DNA of 55,460 nt from Ktedonobacterales bacterium (GTDB lineage Bacteria > Chloroflexota > Ktedonobacteria > Ktedonobacterales > JADMIN01): the NCBI GenBank assembly GCA_036258195.1, contig DATAED010000164.1, forward strand, positions 1 through 55,460, in the 5' to 3' direction. Made by a program: the position numbers and the translations under genes. This document shows, in pieces, positions 8,737 through 19,154 of the stretch; position 1 is the stretch's first letter; every line of letters begins with the position of its first letter. Below the pieces are notes generated by a model that did no database searches, had not been told where the DNA came from, and worked only from the letters and a program-made list of their open reading frames with translations.

Positions 8737-8745
8737 AGTATAGCA
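8737..8745 (-). promoter_or_regulatory. Candidate extended -10 element TGCTATACT for the response regulator gene
   Basis: The reverse complement of 8737-8745 is TGCTATACT, identical to the element upstream of the atp operon. No good -35. Confidence 0.3.
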
Positions 8746-8815
8746 TGCGCGCCTGCGGGGGGGCGCCGATTCCAGTACTTCCGGACGGCGAGCGGCGTCG
8801 CTTCTCAGCGCGCGC

Positions 8816-9973
8816 TCAGCCGTTGACGAGCATCTGGCGATAGAGCCGTTCGTGCGCCGTGACGAAGGCGGCCAGCGAGAAGCGCTCGGCGATCTGCTGA
8901 CGACAGACGGCGCGGTCGAGGCGCGCGGCTGCTGGTATGGCGGCGGCGGCCTCGGCGATGGCGCCGCGCGGGACGAGCATACCGGTCGTGCCCTGCTCCA
9001 CGATCTCGGGCAATGCGCCGCTCTCGTAGCCGACAACGGGCGTTCCCGTCGCCAGCGCCTCGCACGCGACCAGGCCAAACGGCTCATCCCAGAGGGACGG
9101 GATCAGCGTGACGGTTGCGGCGCTCATCCGCTGCCAGACCTCTTCGCGTGGCAGTGGGCCGAGCCAGCGCAGGCGGTCGGGGCGCGCGTCGAGCAGCGGC
9201 TGGATGCGCGTGGCGTGGTATGCCTGATCGTACACCCCGCCCACCAGCGTGAGGGACATATCCGCCGCCAGCGCGATCTGGATGGCGTCTTCGACGCCTT
9301 TTTCGGGGGCGATGCGGCCAGCGAAGAGCGCGTGCGCAGCGGGTGCGGGCGCGGCGGCGAAGGGGATGGCGTCGAGATCGAGGCCATTGTAGATGACCGT
9401 GTCGATGCGGCAGATATCGGCGTAGGAGGCTGCGCTGGAGAAGGAGACGGTCGCCAGCCAGGGCTGCTGGGCGGAGCGCTTGCGATGGACGGGTGAGAGC
9501 CGCGCCAGGATGGCATTGATCTCTGGCACGATGGCGTCCAGGTGCAGCGTATGTGCGACGGGCATCGGCAGGCGCTGCGCCAGGCGAAACGCTGGCTCGT
9601 CGTAGGCGTGCGTGTGCGCGAGCTGGTGGCGCGGCCTGCGCGCGGCAATGGCGTCGAAGGCGCGCTGGAAGGCTTGCTCCACTGCCGCATCGGGCGCGGC
9701 GCGCGGCTGGTCAGCGCGCATGGCGGCGAAATTGGTGGGGCGCACGCGCTCCACGTCAACGGCGATTGTCGTCAGGGTGACGCCGGGCAGCGCCGCCGGA
9801 TCGGAGCCCTGCGCGGCATAGAGCGTGACGCTGTGGCCGCGCGACGCCAGCGCCACCGCCAGATCGCGCGCCACCGCCTGCGACCCGCCCAGAAATGGCT
9901 CGCGAATGGGCGAGACGAGCGGCGCAAGCAGCGCGATGTCGAGCGGGCTGTTGGCGCTCGTGTCAGCCATCAT
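8816..9973 (-). CDS. Glycosyltransferase family 4 (GT-B, Glycos_transf_1)
   Basis: GG(S/A) N-terminal motif and a C-terminal EPFGLV...E...G.PVV signature. It lies 11 nt downstream of the CapA gene. Confidence 0.85.
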   Translation of the reverse strand: MMADTSANSPLDIALLAPLVSPIREPFLGGSQAVARDLAVALASRGHSVTLYAAQGSDPAALPGVTLTTIAVDVERVRPTNFAAMRADQPRAAPDAAVEQAFQRAFDAIAARRPRHQLAHTHAYDEPAFRLAQRLPMPVAHTLHLDAIVPEINAILARLSPVHRKRSAQQPWLATVSFSSAASYADICRIDTVIYNGLDLDAIPFAAAPAPAAHALFAGRIAPEKGVEDAIQIALAADMSLTLVGGVYDQAYHATRIQPLLDARPDRLRWLGPLPREEVWQRMSAATVTLIPSLWDEPFGLVACEALATGTPVVGYESGALPEIVEQGTTGMLVPRGAIAEAAAAIPAAARLDRAVCRQQIAERFSLAAFVTAHERLYRQMLVNG

Positions 9974-9984
9974 AGCAGCGCCGC

Positions 9985-11064
9985 CTATGAGACCCAGACC
10001 GGCGCGCCGTAGTCGCCAATGCGCGACTCGCGCAGCGACCAGTCGAGCAGCTTGCCGCCCTGGATGGTGAGCGCGAGGGCATTGCCGCGACGCTCCACCT
10101 CGCCATACATCTCATCGAAGACGAAGTTGCCGAGGCTGTAGACAATCGGCTTGCCGCGATAGGCGCCCGATGGCTGGATGACGTGCGGGTGCGCGCCCAC
10201 CACCAAGTCGGCCCCAGCGTCAATCGCCGCACGCGCCATCGCCTCCTGATCGATTGATTCGACGGTGTGGTACTCGATGCCCCAGTGGGTGAAGACCAGC
10301 AGGAAATCCACCCTGGGGCGCAGCGCGCGGATGTCGCTGGCCATCAGCGTAGCGTCGAGCCAGGCGTGGCCGGGTGTGCTGACGGTGGCGGCGAAGCTCG
10401 GCGGCTCGATGCCGCAGTAGGCCAGCAGTCCGATGGTGGTAGAGCGCAGCGTGCGGATGACGGGCGTGTGGGCCTGGGCGAGATTCATCCCGCCGCCCAC
10501 GGGGGTCAGGCCGTGGCCGGGGAGATGCTGGAGCATGTCTACGAATGCTGCTTTGCCGTAGTCGCCGCTGTGATTGTTGGCGACCGAGACGATGTCGTAG
10601 CCTGCCGCGGCGACCCGCTCGAAGCCGACCGGTGGCGCCTCGAAGGTGTATTGCTTGGGTTGAGGGGAGCCGAGTGTCGAAACGACGCACTCCAGATTGC
10701 CGATAGTGAGGTCGAAGCCACTCAGCCAGTCGGCGACGCCGTTGAAGGGGTAGTAGTCGCTGGTCGACAGGATGCGCGCCCCCACGCTGCGGCCCAACAT
10801 GATGTCGCCTGTGATGGCGACCGTGATGGGGCGCGTATCGGGCGTAGCCGTGGGCGCGATGGTGGGCGCGGTGGTCGGCGTCGCACGGAGCTGGCTGCCT
10901 GCGGGCGCGCCACATGCCGCCAGCAGGCTCGCCACTGGCCCGGTGGCGGCCAGTGCGGCCCCCATGCGCGCGGCCCCGCCAACGAATGCGCGGCGCGACG
11001 CGCCGATTCGGCGCTGCCCGGTGGCCTGTCGCGGCTCCGAATCAGGCTGAGAATCTGGCTCCAT
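9985..11064 (-). CDS. CapA family (PGA_cap metallophosphatase-like) protein with Tat-type signal
   Basis: SRRAFVGGAA twin-arginine leader, then GDIMLGR, NLE, ANNH, and HWG.E......Q motifs of CapA. Confidence 0.85.
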   Translation of the reverse strand: MEPDSQPDSEPRQATGQRRIGASRRAFVGGAARMGAALAATGPVASLLAACGAPAGSQLRATPTTAPTIAPTATPDTRPITVAITGDIMLGRSVGARILSTSDYYPFNGVADWLSGFDLTIGNLECVVSTLGSPQPKQYTFEAPPVGFERVAAAGYDIVSVANNHSGDYGKAAFVDMLQHLPGHGLTPVGGGMNLAQAHTPVIRTLRSTTIGLLAYCGIEPPSFAATVSTPGHAWLDATLMASDIRALRPRVDFLLVFTHWGIEYHTVESIDQEAMARAAIDAGADLVVGAHPHVIQPSGAYRGKPIVYSLGNFVFDEMYGEVERRGNALALTIQGGKLLDWSLRESRIGDYGAPVWVS

Positions 11065-11117
11065 GTGTTCCCCTTCTCTGCTGTGGCGGCTGGTGACTGC
11101 GGCGACGCGCGCAGGTG

Positions 11118-11861
11118 TCAGGCGTTCGAGTAGATGTGCAGATTGGTACCAGTCAGCGGGCGCGCGTCTGGCCCCACCAGAAAGAGGAGGATACGCGCCA
11201 GTTCATCGGGGGTCATGTCGGGCTTGAGGTGGGGCGCAGCGGCGCGCAGCATCTCGGTATCGACCGCGCCGGGGCTGACGGCCACCACGCGGATGTGGTG
11301 CGGGCGGCCCTCGATGGCCAGGATCTCGCTCAGTCCCGCTACGCCGTACTTCGAGACGTTGTACGCGCTCAGGCCGGGAAACTTCTCGACCTCTGGTACG
11401 CCGGAGAGCGATGAGAGGTTGACGATCACCCCGCCGCCATGAGGCGCCATCTGGCGAAACGCCTCACGGCAGCAGAGGAACGTGCCGCGCAGGTTGACAG
11501 CCAGCACGTGATCCCACGTTGCAGCGTCCATCTCGGCGAAAGGCGCTTGCGCGACGGCGCCCGCCGAGTTGACGAGGATGCCGAGCGGGCCGTAGGTGGC
11601 CGCGACGCGCGCAAAGACCGCCTGCACACTCGCTTCATCGGCGACATCGCACGGACAGGCCAGCGCCACGCCGCCTGCCGCTTCGATCTCGGCGACGTTG
11701 GCGTCCAGCGCGGCGTTGTCGCGGGCGGCCAGCGCCACTGCGGCTCCGGCGCGGGCGAAGGCGCTGGCGGTCGCCTTGCCGATGCCGCGGCTGGCGCCCG
11801 TGACGAGCGCGATTTTGCCCTTGAGCGCAGTGGTGGCGTCGGGATTGGCTGGAGTCGTCAT
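11118..11861 (-). CDS. SDR family oxidoreductase
   Basis: TGASRGIG cofactor motif, NSAG, and the YxxxK catalytic pair (YNVSK). The ATG at 11861 is preceded by GGGAGA. The longer track ORF is unsupported. Confidence 0.85.
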   Translation of the reverse strand: MTTPANPDATTALKGKIALVTGASRGIGKATASAFARAGAAVALAARDNAALDANVAEIEAAGGVALACPCDVADEASVQAVFARVAATYGPLGILVNSAGAVAQAPFAEMDAATWDHVLAVNLRGTFLCCREAFRQMAPHGGGVIVNLSSLSGVPEVEKFPGLSAYNVSKYGVAGLSEILAIEGRPHHIRVVAVSPGAVDTEMLRAAAPHLKPDMTPDELARILLFLVGPDARPLTGTNLHIYSNA

Positions 11862-11997
11862 GCGCGCATCATCTCCCTGACTGTGTGGCGTCTGCTGCCG
11901 ACAGTATAGCCCTCGGCGTCCAGGGGATGACAGAATGCAGGGTAGAGCGGCAGATGCGGCGCCCGATGTGCGCGCCAGACGGGGAGAGAGAGTGGCG

Positions 11998-12252
11998 ATG
12001 GACATCCCGATCGATGGAACCATCCTGACGAAAGAGACAGGACTGCATGCGAGCTTCGAGGGGCGCGACCAGCCCTATGTGCGCTGCACGGTGGCGCGGC
12101 TGGATGACCCACGCCGCCATGCCGAGACGCGCATCGTCGGACTGGACGATATTGCGCAGCAGGTCGGCGATGTCATTCATCTAATCGCGTACCGCGTGGT
12201 GACGGATCGCAACGCGGGCGTTGTGCGCTTCGATTGTCGCCTGGCCTCGTGA
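11998..12252 (+). CDS. Hypothetical 84-aa protein, first gene of a small operon with DUF62 and SixA
   Basis: ATG preceded by GGGGAGAGAGAG. The codon pattern is GC3-rich. The stop lies 25 nt before the next gene. I recognise no family. Confidence 0.5.
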   Translation: MDIPIDGTILTKETGLHASFEGRDQPYVRCTVARLDDPRRHAETRIVGLDDIAQQVGDVIHLIAYRVVTDRNAGVVRFDCRLAS

Positions 12253-12277
12253 GCGAGTCTGCGAGAGGAAACCGCCC

Positions 12278-13126
12278 GTGTCCACCACACCGATCATCGG
12301 GATCCTGACCGATTTTGGCCTCAGCGATGGCTACGTGGGCGTCATGAAGGCCGTGGCGCTGACCATCGCGCCCGGCGCGCAACTCATCGACATCACCCAT
12401 CAGATCGCCCCGCAAGATGTCGAGGGCGGCACGTGGACGTTGGGGATGGCGTGGCGCGCGTTTCCAGTGGGCGCCGTGCTTCTGTGTGTAGTCGATCCGG
12501 GCGTGGGCAGCGCGCGGCGCGCTGTGGCGCTGGAGGTCGCCGGACGTCGCTTCGTCGGGCCGGACAACGGCCTGTTCACCTATCCACTAGCCGATGATTC
12601 CTCGGCAGCGGCGCGCTGTGTGGCGCTGGATGATCCGCGCTACCATCTGCCTGCGCCCAGCGCGACCTTTCACGGTCGCGACATCTTTGCTCCCTGCGCC
12701 GCGCATCTGGCGAGCGGAGTTGCGCTGGAGTCGCTGGGCTCGGCTGTGGAGGTGGCGAGCCTCGTGCGACTGCCCATCGCCCTGCGCGCCGAGCGGCGCG
12801 GCGATGCGGTTGTGGGGCGCGTGGCGCACATCGATCACTACGGCAATCTGGTCACCAATATCGTGTCGCAGACGACACGCGCGGCGCTGGCGCGTCCGTT
12901 GGCGCGCATTTCGCTGGGGCAGTGGACGATCAGCGCGCGCGCGACGCACTTCGCCGCCGGGCCAGTGGATGAGCCATTCTTCCTGCAGGATAGCTCTGGC
13001 GCGCTCGCTATCGCGCTGCGCGATGGCTCAGCGGCCCAGCGCATGGGAGCGCGGCGCGGCGATGTGGTGACGCTGCGTGGCATGGATGACACGTCAGATG
13101 CGGCGGGCGACACCGGGAGAGAGTGA
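12278..13126 (+). CDS. SAM hydrolase / SAM-dependent halogenase family protein (DUF62, S-adenosyl-L-methionine hydroxide adenosyltransferase)
   Basis: N-terminal IGILTDFGLSDGYVGVMK, VDPGVGS, GPDNGL, and FHGRDIFAP motifs characteristic of DUF62. The GTG at 12278 follows GAGAGGAAA. Confidence 0.85.
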   Translation: MSTTPIIGILTDFGLSDGYVGVMKAVALTIAPGAQLIDITHQIAPQDVEGGTWTLGMAWRAFPVGAVLLCVVDPGVGSARRAVALEVAGRRFVGPDNGLFTYPLADDSSAAARCVALDDPRYHLPAPSATFHGRDIFAPCAAHLASGVALESLGSAVEVASLVRLPIALRAERRGDAVVGRVAHIDHYGNLVTNIVSQTTRAALARPLARISLGQWTISARATHFAAGPVDEPFFLQDSSGALAIALRDGSAAQRMGARRGDVVTLRGMDDTSDAAGDTGRE

Positions 13127-13134
13127 GGCGCCAG

Positions 13135-13677
13135 ATGCGATTGTATTTTCTGCGGCATGCGCACGCCATGACGCGCGAAGAGTGGCGCGGCGAAGAACCT
13201 GCCCGCCCGCTGACCGACAAGGGGCGCAGACAGGCGGAGGGCGCAGCGCTGGGGTTGGCGTCGCTGCGGCCCGGGTTCGCGGCGATCATCTCCAGTCCGT
13301 TTACGCGCGCCTACGAGACGGCGGTGATCGTGGGGCGGGTCGCTGGCCTGCCTGTGGAGTCCGCCGACGTGCTGACGCCGGGCTTCGATCTGCCGGGGCT
13401 GGATCATATTCTGAGTCTGCGCCCGGAAGCGGATGGCGTGCTGCTGGTGGGGCATGAGCCTGACCTGAGCCAGATGGTCGAGGCGCTGGTGTCGCACGCG
13501 GGCGAGCCACACACGCATGTGGAGATGGCGAAGGCGTCGTGCTGCCTGGTCGTGACGCCCGAAGACCTGCTGGGAGGCGCCAGCGCGGCTGATCTGCTGG
13601 AGCGCTGTTCGTTGGCCTGGGAGCGCACCTGGAAGGAACTGGAGGCGCTGGGACACGAGGGCGCGGATGCAGGATAA
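13135..13677 (+). CDS. sixA: Histidine phosphatase family, SixA-like phosphohistidine phosphatase
   Basis: LYFLRHAHA (RHG-type motif), PLTDKGRRQA, and a GHEP motif. The ATG at 13135 follows GGGAGAGAGTGAGG. Confidence 0.75.
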   Translation: MRLYFLRHAHAMTREEWRGEEPARPLTDKGRRQAEGAALGLASLRPGFAAIISSPFTRAYETAVIVGRVAGLPVESADVLTPGFDLPGLDHILSLRPEADGVLLVGHEPDLSQMVEALVSHAGEPHTHVEMAKASCCLVVTPEDLLGGASAADLLERCSLAWERTWKELEALGHEGADAG

Positions 13678-13792
13678 TTGGTATTCTTGCGTCAGTCACC
13701 TGGCGAGCGTGAGCTGTGGCGCCGGAGTTGCGTTACTCAGCCGTGCCGACGTTTTTCGACGCGCGTCGGATTGGTGGTGAAGGAGCAGACAC

Positions 13793-14218
13793 GTGGCGCT
13801 GGATAAAAGAGATGTCGCTGGAGCGCAGGCATATCAAACTGCGTCGCTCACCTCCGACGGAGATGATGGGCGCTGGTGGACTCCAGAGCATATCGAGCTG
13901 GCAGCGGCGCCCGCACGGCGGGTCGCGCCTCCACGTTTCGATGTGACGACCGCTTCTTTCGAGTTCCCCAGCGCGCTGGTCGAGGCGCGTGCGCAGACGC
14001 TGGTGGAGGGCGCACGTCGCGATGGCGAGCCGCACAATCTCTCTCTCTGGCGGGGCGCGTTACGCTCGGCGCTCGAGCAGATTTCGCGCGAGGCGGCGCA
14101 TGCGCCCGCGCGGGCGACCTGCGCGGCGCTCTTCTGGGATCACGTCGGCGAGCAGTACCGCGTGGCTGTGACATTCGAGATTCCACCGCTGGCGAGTCGA
14201 TCCGCTCGCGTGCACTGA
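13793..14218 (+). CDS. Hypothetical protein (141 aa)
   Basis: A GTG start 7 nt after AAGGAG. GC3-rich codons. I recognise no family. Confidence 0.55.
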   Translation: MALDKRDVAGAQAYQTASLTSDGDDGRWWTPEHIELAAAPARRVAPPRFDVTTASFEFPSALVEARAQTLVEGARRDGEPHNLSLWRGALRSALEQISREAAHAPARATCAALFWDHVGEQYRVAVTFEIPPLASRSARVH

Positions 14219-14221
14219 CGC

Positions 14222-14325
14222 GCCTGCCTGCCAGTTCATCCTGGCGTCTTCCCCCATCGCCGCCACTCTGGTATACTGGCGCCGTCGCGTACCATTCGCG
14301 CTTGGGAGTGAACTGGCAGGCAGGC
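14222..14325. repeat. 104-nt element closed by a perfect 17-bp inverted repeat (GCCTGCCTGCCAGTTCA / TGAACTGGCAGGCAGGC)
   Basis: The arms at 14222-14238 and 14309-14325 are exact reverse complements. The interior contains a second nested stem, TGGTA...TACCA. It starts 4 nt after the stop of the upstream ORF. Confidence 0.6.
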
Positions 14326-14386
14326 AAAGGCGCGTCCGAACTATAACAATTTCTTTGAGAAGCGATAAACCTGAGTGGGTATATCG

Positions 14387-14416
14387 TTGCCTTTGCGATG
14401 TGGCCTATGCTATACT
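14387..14416 (+). promoter_or_regulatory. Candidate atp operon promoter (TTGCCT-N18-TGcTATACT)
   Basis: Extended -10 TGCTATACT at 14408-14416, about 30 nt upstream of the atpZ start. Confidence 0.45.
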
Positions 14417-14447
14417 CCTTCTGGTATGCGTAGTGAGGCGCAAACCA

Positions 14448-14675
14448 ATGAAGAACGACAAGCAACGACGCTCGAAACAGAGCGATTGGGCGGCATTCGG
14501 CCTGATTGGTCAGGTCGGGCTGTACATCTCTGCGGGCGCCCTTCTGGGAATCGCGGCAGGTCTCTTCATCGACAATCGGTTTCACACCTCACCTTTAGCG
14601 ACACTTATCGGGCTGCTGCTTGGCCTGGCCGCTGGCATCTACATGGTCTATCGACTGATCTCCTCCCTGGAGTGA
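14448..14675 (+). CDS. AtpZ/AtpI-type small membrane protein of the F-ATPase operon
   Basis: 75 aa with a basic N-terminus and two hydrophobic helices, placed immediately upstream of atpB. The start is the internal ATG at 14448. Confidence 0.7.
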   Translation: MKNDKQRRSKQSDWAAFGLIGQVGLYISAGALLGIAAGLFIDNRFHTSPLATLIGLLLGLAAGIYMVYRLISSLE

Positions 14676-14731
14676 GCGCAGAGCGGTAAAGGCGGGGGCT
14701 GAGCGCAGTAGAGGACGAAGGGAGAGCCTCC

Positions 14732-15667
14732 GTGCTCTGGAAACTGCCACAAATCCAGATTGCCCCTGACCTGCTTTACCCCGGAGCCCCCGCATTCCTC
14801 ACCAACACCTTCATTCTGTCGGTGGTGAGCGCGATTCTGGTGGCCATCCTCTTCCTGATCGCCGCGCGCAAGCCGAGGATCGTGCCCAAAAAGTTTCAGA
14901 ACTTCATCGAGTGGGTCTTCGAGCTATTGCTGGGCCTCTGCGAAGACGTGGCAGGCAAAGAGAATGGCCGCCGCTTCTTTCCCTGGGTCGCCACGCTCTT
15001 CCTGTTCATCCTGTTCGCGAACTGGTGGGAGATCATCCCCTTCATCGAAACGGTTGGCTCGAAGACGACTGAGCACCCAGGGTGCGCAGGCGTGATGCAG
15101 CAGGGCATCTTCCTGACGGGTCAGTATTCAGCCTGCTTTGTGCCGTGGTTCCGGCCCCCCTCGACCGATCTGAACATGACCGTCGTACTCTCCATCCTGA
15201 CGGTAGTGCTCACCCAGTTCTATGGATTCCGCATCCTCGGCTGGAAGTTGCAAGTTGGCCGCTACCTGACGCTGAAAGAGGGGCCAATCGGTCTGATCGT
15301 GGGCATCATGGAGTTCTTCCTCGAAATACTACGAGTGCTCTCGCTCAGCTTCCGTCTCTTCGGCAACATCTTCGCCGGCGACGTGCTGCTGCTCGTGATG
15401 TCCTTCATCTCCATCGGCCTCGGCGCCATTCCGTTCTACTTCCTGGAGGCCTTCGTCGGGTTCATCCAGGCCTACGTGTTCGCCTTCCTGGCGCTGCTCT
15501 ACTTCACGCTTGGCACGACCGTGCACGGTGGCGAAGAGCCAGAGGAGGAGCAGGCGGCCAAGGTGTCACACGAGTCGCGGGAGCGCGTGGAGCATGGGCT
15601 GGGCCACGATACCAACCCACCGCTTCCTGCCGCGCCCACCGCGTCGGGCGCATCGAGCTCGCACTAG
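14732..15667 (+). CDS. atpB: F0F1 ATP synthase subunit a
   Basis: The conserved LSLSFRLFGNIFAGD segment with the essential Arg, in a polytopic membrane profile. A GTG start follows GAAGGGAGAG. Confidence 0.9.
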   Translation: MLWKLPQIQIAPDLLYPGAPAFLTNTFILSVVSAILVAILFLIAARKPRIVPKKFQNFIEWVFELLLGLCEDVAGKENGRRFFPWVATLFLFILFANWWEIIPFIETVGSKTTEHPGCAGVMQQGIFLTGQYSACFVPWFRPPSTDLNMTVVLSILTVVLTQFYGFRILGWKLQVGRYLTLKEGPIGLIVGIMEFFLEILRVLSLSFRLFGNIFAGDVLLLVMSFISIGLGAIPFYFLEAFVGFIQAYVFAFLALLYFTLGTTVHGGEEPEEEQAAKVSHESRERVEHGLGHDTNPPLPAAPTASGASSSH

Positions 15668-15709
15668 CTCATTCCCTTGGCGCGCGGGCAGGACAGGCGC
15701 CTGCGATGA

Positions 15710-16075
<366 letters not shown>

Positions 16076-16162
16076 TTGCGGGCGCGCTGGTGGGAGCGTG
16101 GCATGCGCCATGCGCCCACCGCGCCAGCATAGTGCGGGGACGATTAGGGAGGAGCAGACTTC

Positions 16163-16660
16163 ATGGACGCATTGGGCATCAACATTAGTTCACTGATCGC
16201 TCAACTCGTCGCGTTCCTCATTCTCTTGCTGGTGCTGCAGCGCTGGGCCTATCCGGTTCTCACCAAGACGCTCGAAGAGCGTCAGGCGAAGATTCGCGAG
16301 GGGGTCGAGAACGCTGAGAAGGCCAGCCAGTCGCTGCGGGACGCTGAGAAGCGGGTCGAAGCGCTGATGAACGATGCGCGCACCGAGTCGCAGCGGGTGA
16401 TCGCTTCGGCGACGCAGGCCGCCGAGCGGCTCAAGGCCGACATCGAGCAGCAGGCGCAGCAGCGCGGTCGCGAGATCGAGCAGCAGGCGTCCAAGCGCAT
16501 CGAGCAGCAGATCGCCCAGGCCAAGGCCGAGTTGCGCGCGCACGTCGCCGATCTGTCGATCGCGGCGGCGGAGCGCGTTATCGGGCAGTCTGTCGATTCG
16601 GCGACGAATCGCCGTCTGGTGGACGAGTTCGTGTCGCAGTCGAGGGATAGCCTGTGTTAA
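16163..16660 (+). CDS. atpF: F0F1 ATP synthase subunit b
   Basis: A single N-terminal TM helix followed by a long charged coiled coil. Operon position. Confidence 0.9.
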   Translation: MDALGINISSLIAQLVAFLILLLVLQRWAYPVLTKTLEERQAKIREGVENAEKASQSLRDAEKRVEALMNDARTESQRVIASATQAAERLKADIEQQAQQRGREIEQQASKRIEQQIAQAKAELRAHVADLSIAAAERVIGQSVDSATNRRLVDEFVSQSRDSLC

Positions 16661-17490
16661 CTGGGCCAGTCGCGCGTCGCTATGCGCAGGCGGTATTTGA
16701 GATAGGCGAAGAGGGCAAGACCCTGGACGCCTGGCTCACCGATGTGCGGCTGATCGCTGACTATTTCACAAACCGCCAGCTCATTTTCATCCTTGGCGAG
16801 CCAAACATTCGCTTCGACCGCAAAGAGGCGATTGTGCGCGACCTGCTGGGCGCCAAGATTCGTCCAGAGGCGATGGGGCTGGCGCTCACGCTGGTGGAGC
16901 GCGGGCTGGTTGGCCTGGCTGGTCGCATCCGCGACGAGTTCGAGAAGCTCTACAACGACGCGCGTGGTCAGGCCGTAGCGCAGGTCACTTCGGCTATGCC
17001 GCTCGATGACGCGGCGCGCGCCTCGATCACACGCCAGCTCCAACAGATGACAGGCAAGCACATTATCTTGCAGGAGCAGGTGAATAGCGCCCTGCTGGGT
17101 GGGGTTACGGCGCGCGTCGGTGATACATTGATCGACGGCAGCGTGCGGCGACGCCTGGAGCTATTGCGGCGCCAGATCGCGCAGGGCGGCGATACCGGCG
17201 ACCCCCTGACGGGATTCGACGACGTCATGCCGCTGCTGGATCTGCCGGGGAGTGGCGGCGTGGCACGGCCTTTGCCCGGTGGCCAGGCGCCCGCGAGCGA
17301 CGCGCCCGCCAACGGCGCTGGCTCCGGGCCGAGCGAAAAGGGCGGGCCATCTGGCGCGCTGTCGCTCTCATCGCAGCAAGAGACCTCGGCGACGGTGGGC
17401 GCCCGCGCGAGCGAGCAGCCGGGCCGGCGTGGCCATAATGGATCGTACGGAGCGCATAGCGCCAAACGCGGTAAAGGGCGACGCCGCTAA
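16654..17490 (+). CDS. atpH: F0F1 ATP synthase subunit delta (OSCP) with about 100-aa low-complexity C-terminal extension
   Basis: ARRYAQAVFEI start and a ...IDGSVRRRLELL end typical of delta. The frame then continues for about 100 further codons. Confidence 0.85.
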   Translation: MLTGPVARRYAQAVFEIGEEGKTLDAWLTDVRLIADYFTNRQLIFILGEPNIRFDRKEAIVRDLLGAKIRPEAMGLALTLVERGLVGLAGRIRDEFEKLYNDARGQAVAQVTSAMPLDDAARASITRQLQQMTGKHIILQEQVNSALLGGVTARVGDTLIDGSVRRRLELLRRQIAQGGDTGDPLTGFDDVMPLLDLPGSGGVARPLPGGQAPASDAPANGAGSGPSEKGGPSGALSLSSQQETSATVGARASEQPGRRGHNGSYGAHSAKRGKGRRR

Positions 17491-17567
17491 CATCGCCCAC
17501 TCGTCAGATCTGACGGCTCTCACGGTAGTACGATCACGGAGCATCTGACAGACAACAGGAGAAGAAC

Positions 17568-19100
<1,533 letters not shown>

Positions 19101-19154
19101 CGCGCCTTTCCGGCTCCGGCGCGCAATCGCTGGAGCCGGAAGCAGGAGAAGAAC

